A DNA stretch of 25,620 nt from the IMG/VR virus record IMGVR_UViG_3300033076_001320, positions 1 to 25,620 of that record; one strand, 5' to 3'. This document shows positions 25,014 to 25,620 of the stretch, in pieces. Under the pieces are notes generated by a model. That model searched no databases, was not told where the DNA came from, and saw only the letters and a list, made by a program, of their open reading frames with translations. The DNA is from a virus. Lineage: Duplodnaviria; Caudoviricetes. Within the stretch, counting starts at the first letter, position 1. Each line of letters begins with the position of its first letter. Both the position numbers and the translations under genes were made by a program.

Positions 25014-25620
25014 TTACCTTGTGTAACATCCTATGCTGGGAGAAAAGAATATCGGACTTTTATCTCTTTCTTCCTGTTGCGCTCTCAATGTTGCTTCTTT
25101 TGCTTCGTCTTTAAGAATATTGTATCTATCTTTATCAACATTCGGGAGCTCTAAAAGAAGCCTGAATGCAAGTGCTGTTATAGAAGCTTCGATCCAACGC
25201 TGCGGGAGCTCAAGCTTGTCCGTTAAAGAACCAACATCCTGAATCTGCCTCGTCTTCCAGACAACAAGCTGCTGTAGATTAGAATCTGGCACAGGCCAAA
25301 CAACAATCTCCGGAGAATTTATTTTTCTGTCAATCCAGTACTGGAATTGAGTATCAGAATATAGATTCTTATTTGTTAGATTTGTATATTGATCAAAACT
25401 TATCCTTGCAGCAGGAACTTCTAAATCAATCTGTCCAAAAACAACTTCAATAACATTCAGTGTGCCATTGCCAGTTTCTCTTATGCGATAAGAAGAAGCC
25501 TGTGGACACTCATCAATGTCCCAAAGATACCACTGCCTTGCAGAATAATCTGTTTGGTCTAGAGTCTTGAGCGCAGTCCAGTTGCCAAAACTGTCATAAT
25601 ATTCGAATGTTAGTGTGTAT
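25014..25620 (-). CDS. Adaptor/neck-like structural protein, 5'-truncated by the window
   Basis: The frame is open from the window end to the TAA at 25014 (YTLTFEYYDSFGNW...YTNLTNK...QYWIDR...VVWPVPD...R.IQD...ELPQRW...EERD). Confidence 0.7.
   Translation of the reverse strand, partial: YTLTFEYYDSFGNWTALKTLDQTDYSARQWYLWDIDECPQASSYRIRETGNGTLNVIEVVFGQIDLEVPAARISFDQYTNLTNKNLYSDTQFQYWIDRKINSPEIVVWPVPDSNLQQLVVWKTRQIQDVGSLTDKLELPQRWIEASITALAFRLLLELPNVDKDRYNILKDEAKEATLRAQQEERDKSPIFFSPSIGCYTR

Noticed and set aside
9419-25242. Numerous + strand ORFs opposite the structural genes (e.g. 10394-10867, 18429-18797, 23105-23467), and - strand ORFs opposite the replication genes
   Set aside because: These are antisense shadows of long coding genes, with no recognisable motifs or operon context.
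1-25620. Genome-wide stop-codon reassignment (TGA=Trp/Gly or TAG=Gln) as the explanation for the in-frame stops
   Set aside because: TGA ends many genes in ATGA/GTGA overlaps (538, 870, 1635, 7023, 8785, 11154, 13272), TAA and TAG also end genes, and long genes are otherwise open in code 11. The two internal stops are different codons.

Overview
A 25.6-kb segment of a tailed dsDNA bacteriophage genome, probably podovirus-like, made of two tightly packed convergent gene blocks. The + strand (1-7813) is a nucleotide-metabolism and replication block: an SDR oxidoreductase, an all-alpha NTP-pyrophosphatase-like protein, a DEDDh/DnaQ exonuclease, a family-C DnaE polymerase, a SNF2 helicase, small ORFs and an HTH protein. 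The - strand (7852-25620) is a late block: adaptor-like proteins, a cluster of tail fibre/tailspike genes, a tail nozzle-like protein, four probable DNA-ejection proteins and a lysis cassette. Main oddities: (i) dnaE is one continuous reading frame (1632-5198) broken by a single in-frame TGA that is followed directly by a small hairpin; (ii) dnaE carries a 256-aa intein with an HNH, not LAGLIDADG, nuclease; (iii) the SDR gene also has a lone in-frame stop (TAA); (iv) the receptor-binding module at ~20.07-24.2 kb has foreign codon and k-mer usage and contains a small pentapeptide-repeat gene; (v) an adaptor protein has an ~80-aa inserted domain; (vi) two well-supported small ORFs are missing from the ORF track. 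Family names come from recalled motifs, not database searches. No tRNA, rRNA, CRISPR array, integrase or transposase was seen.
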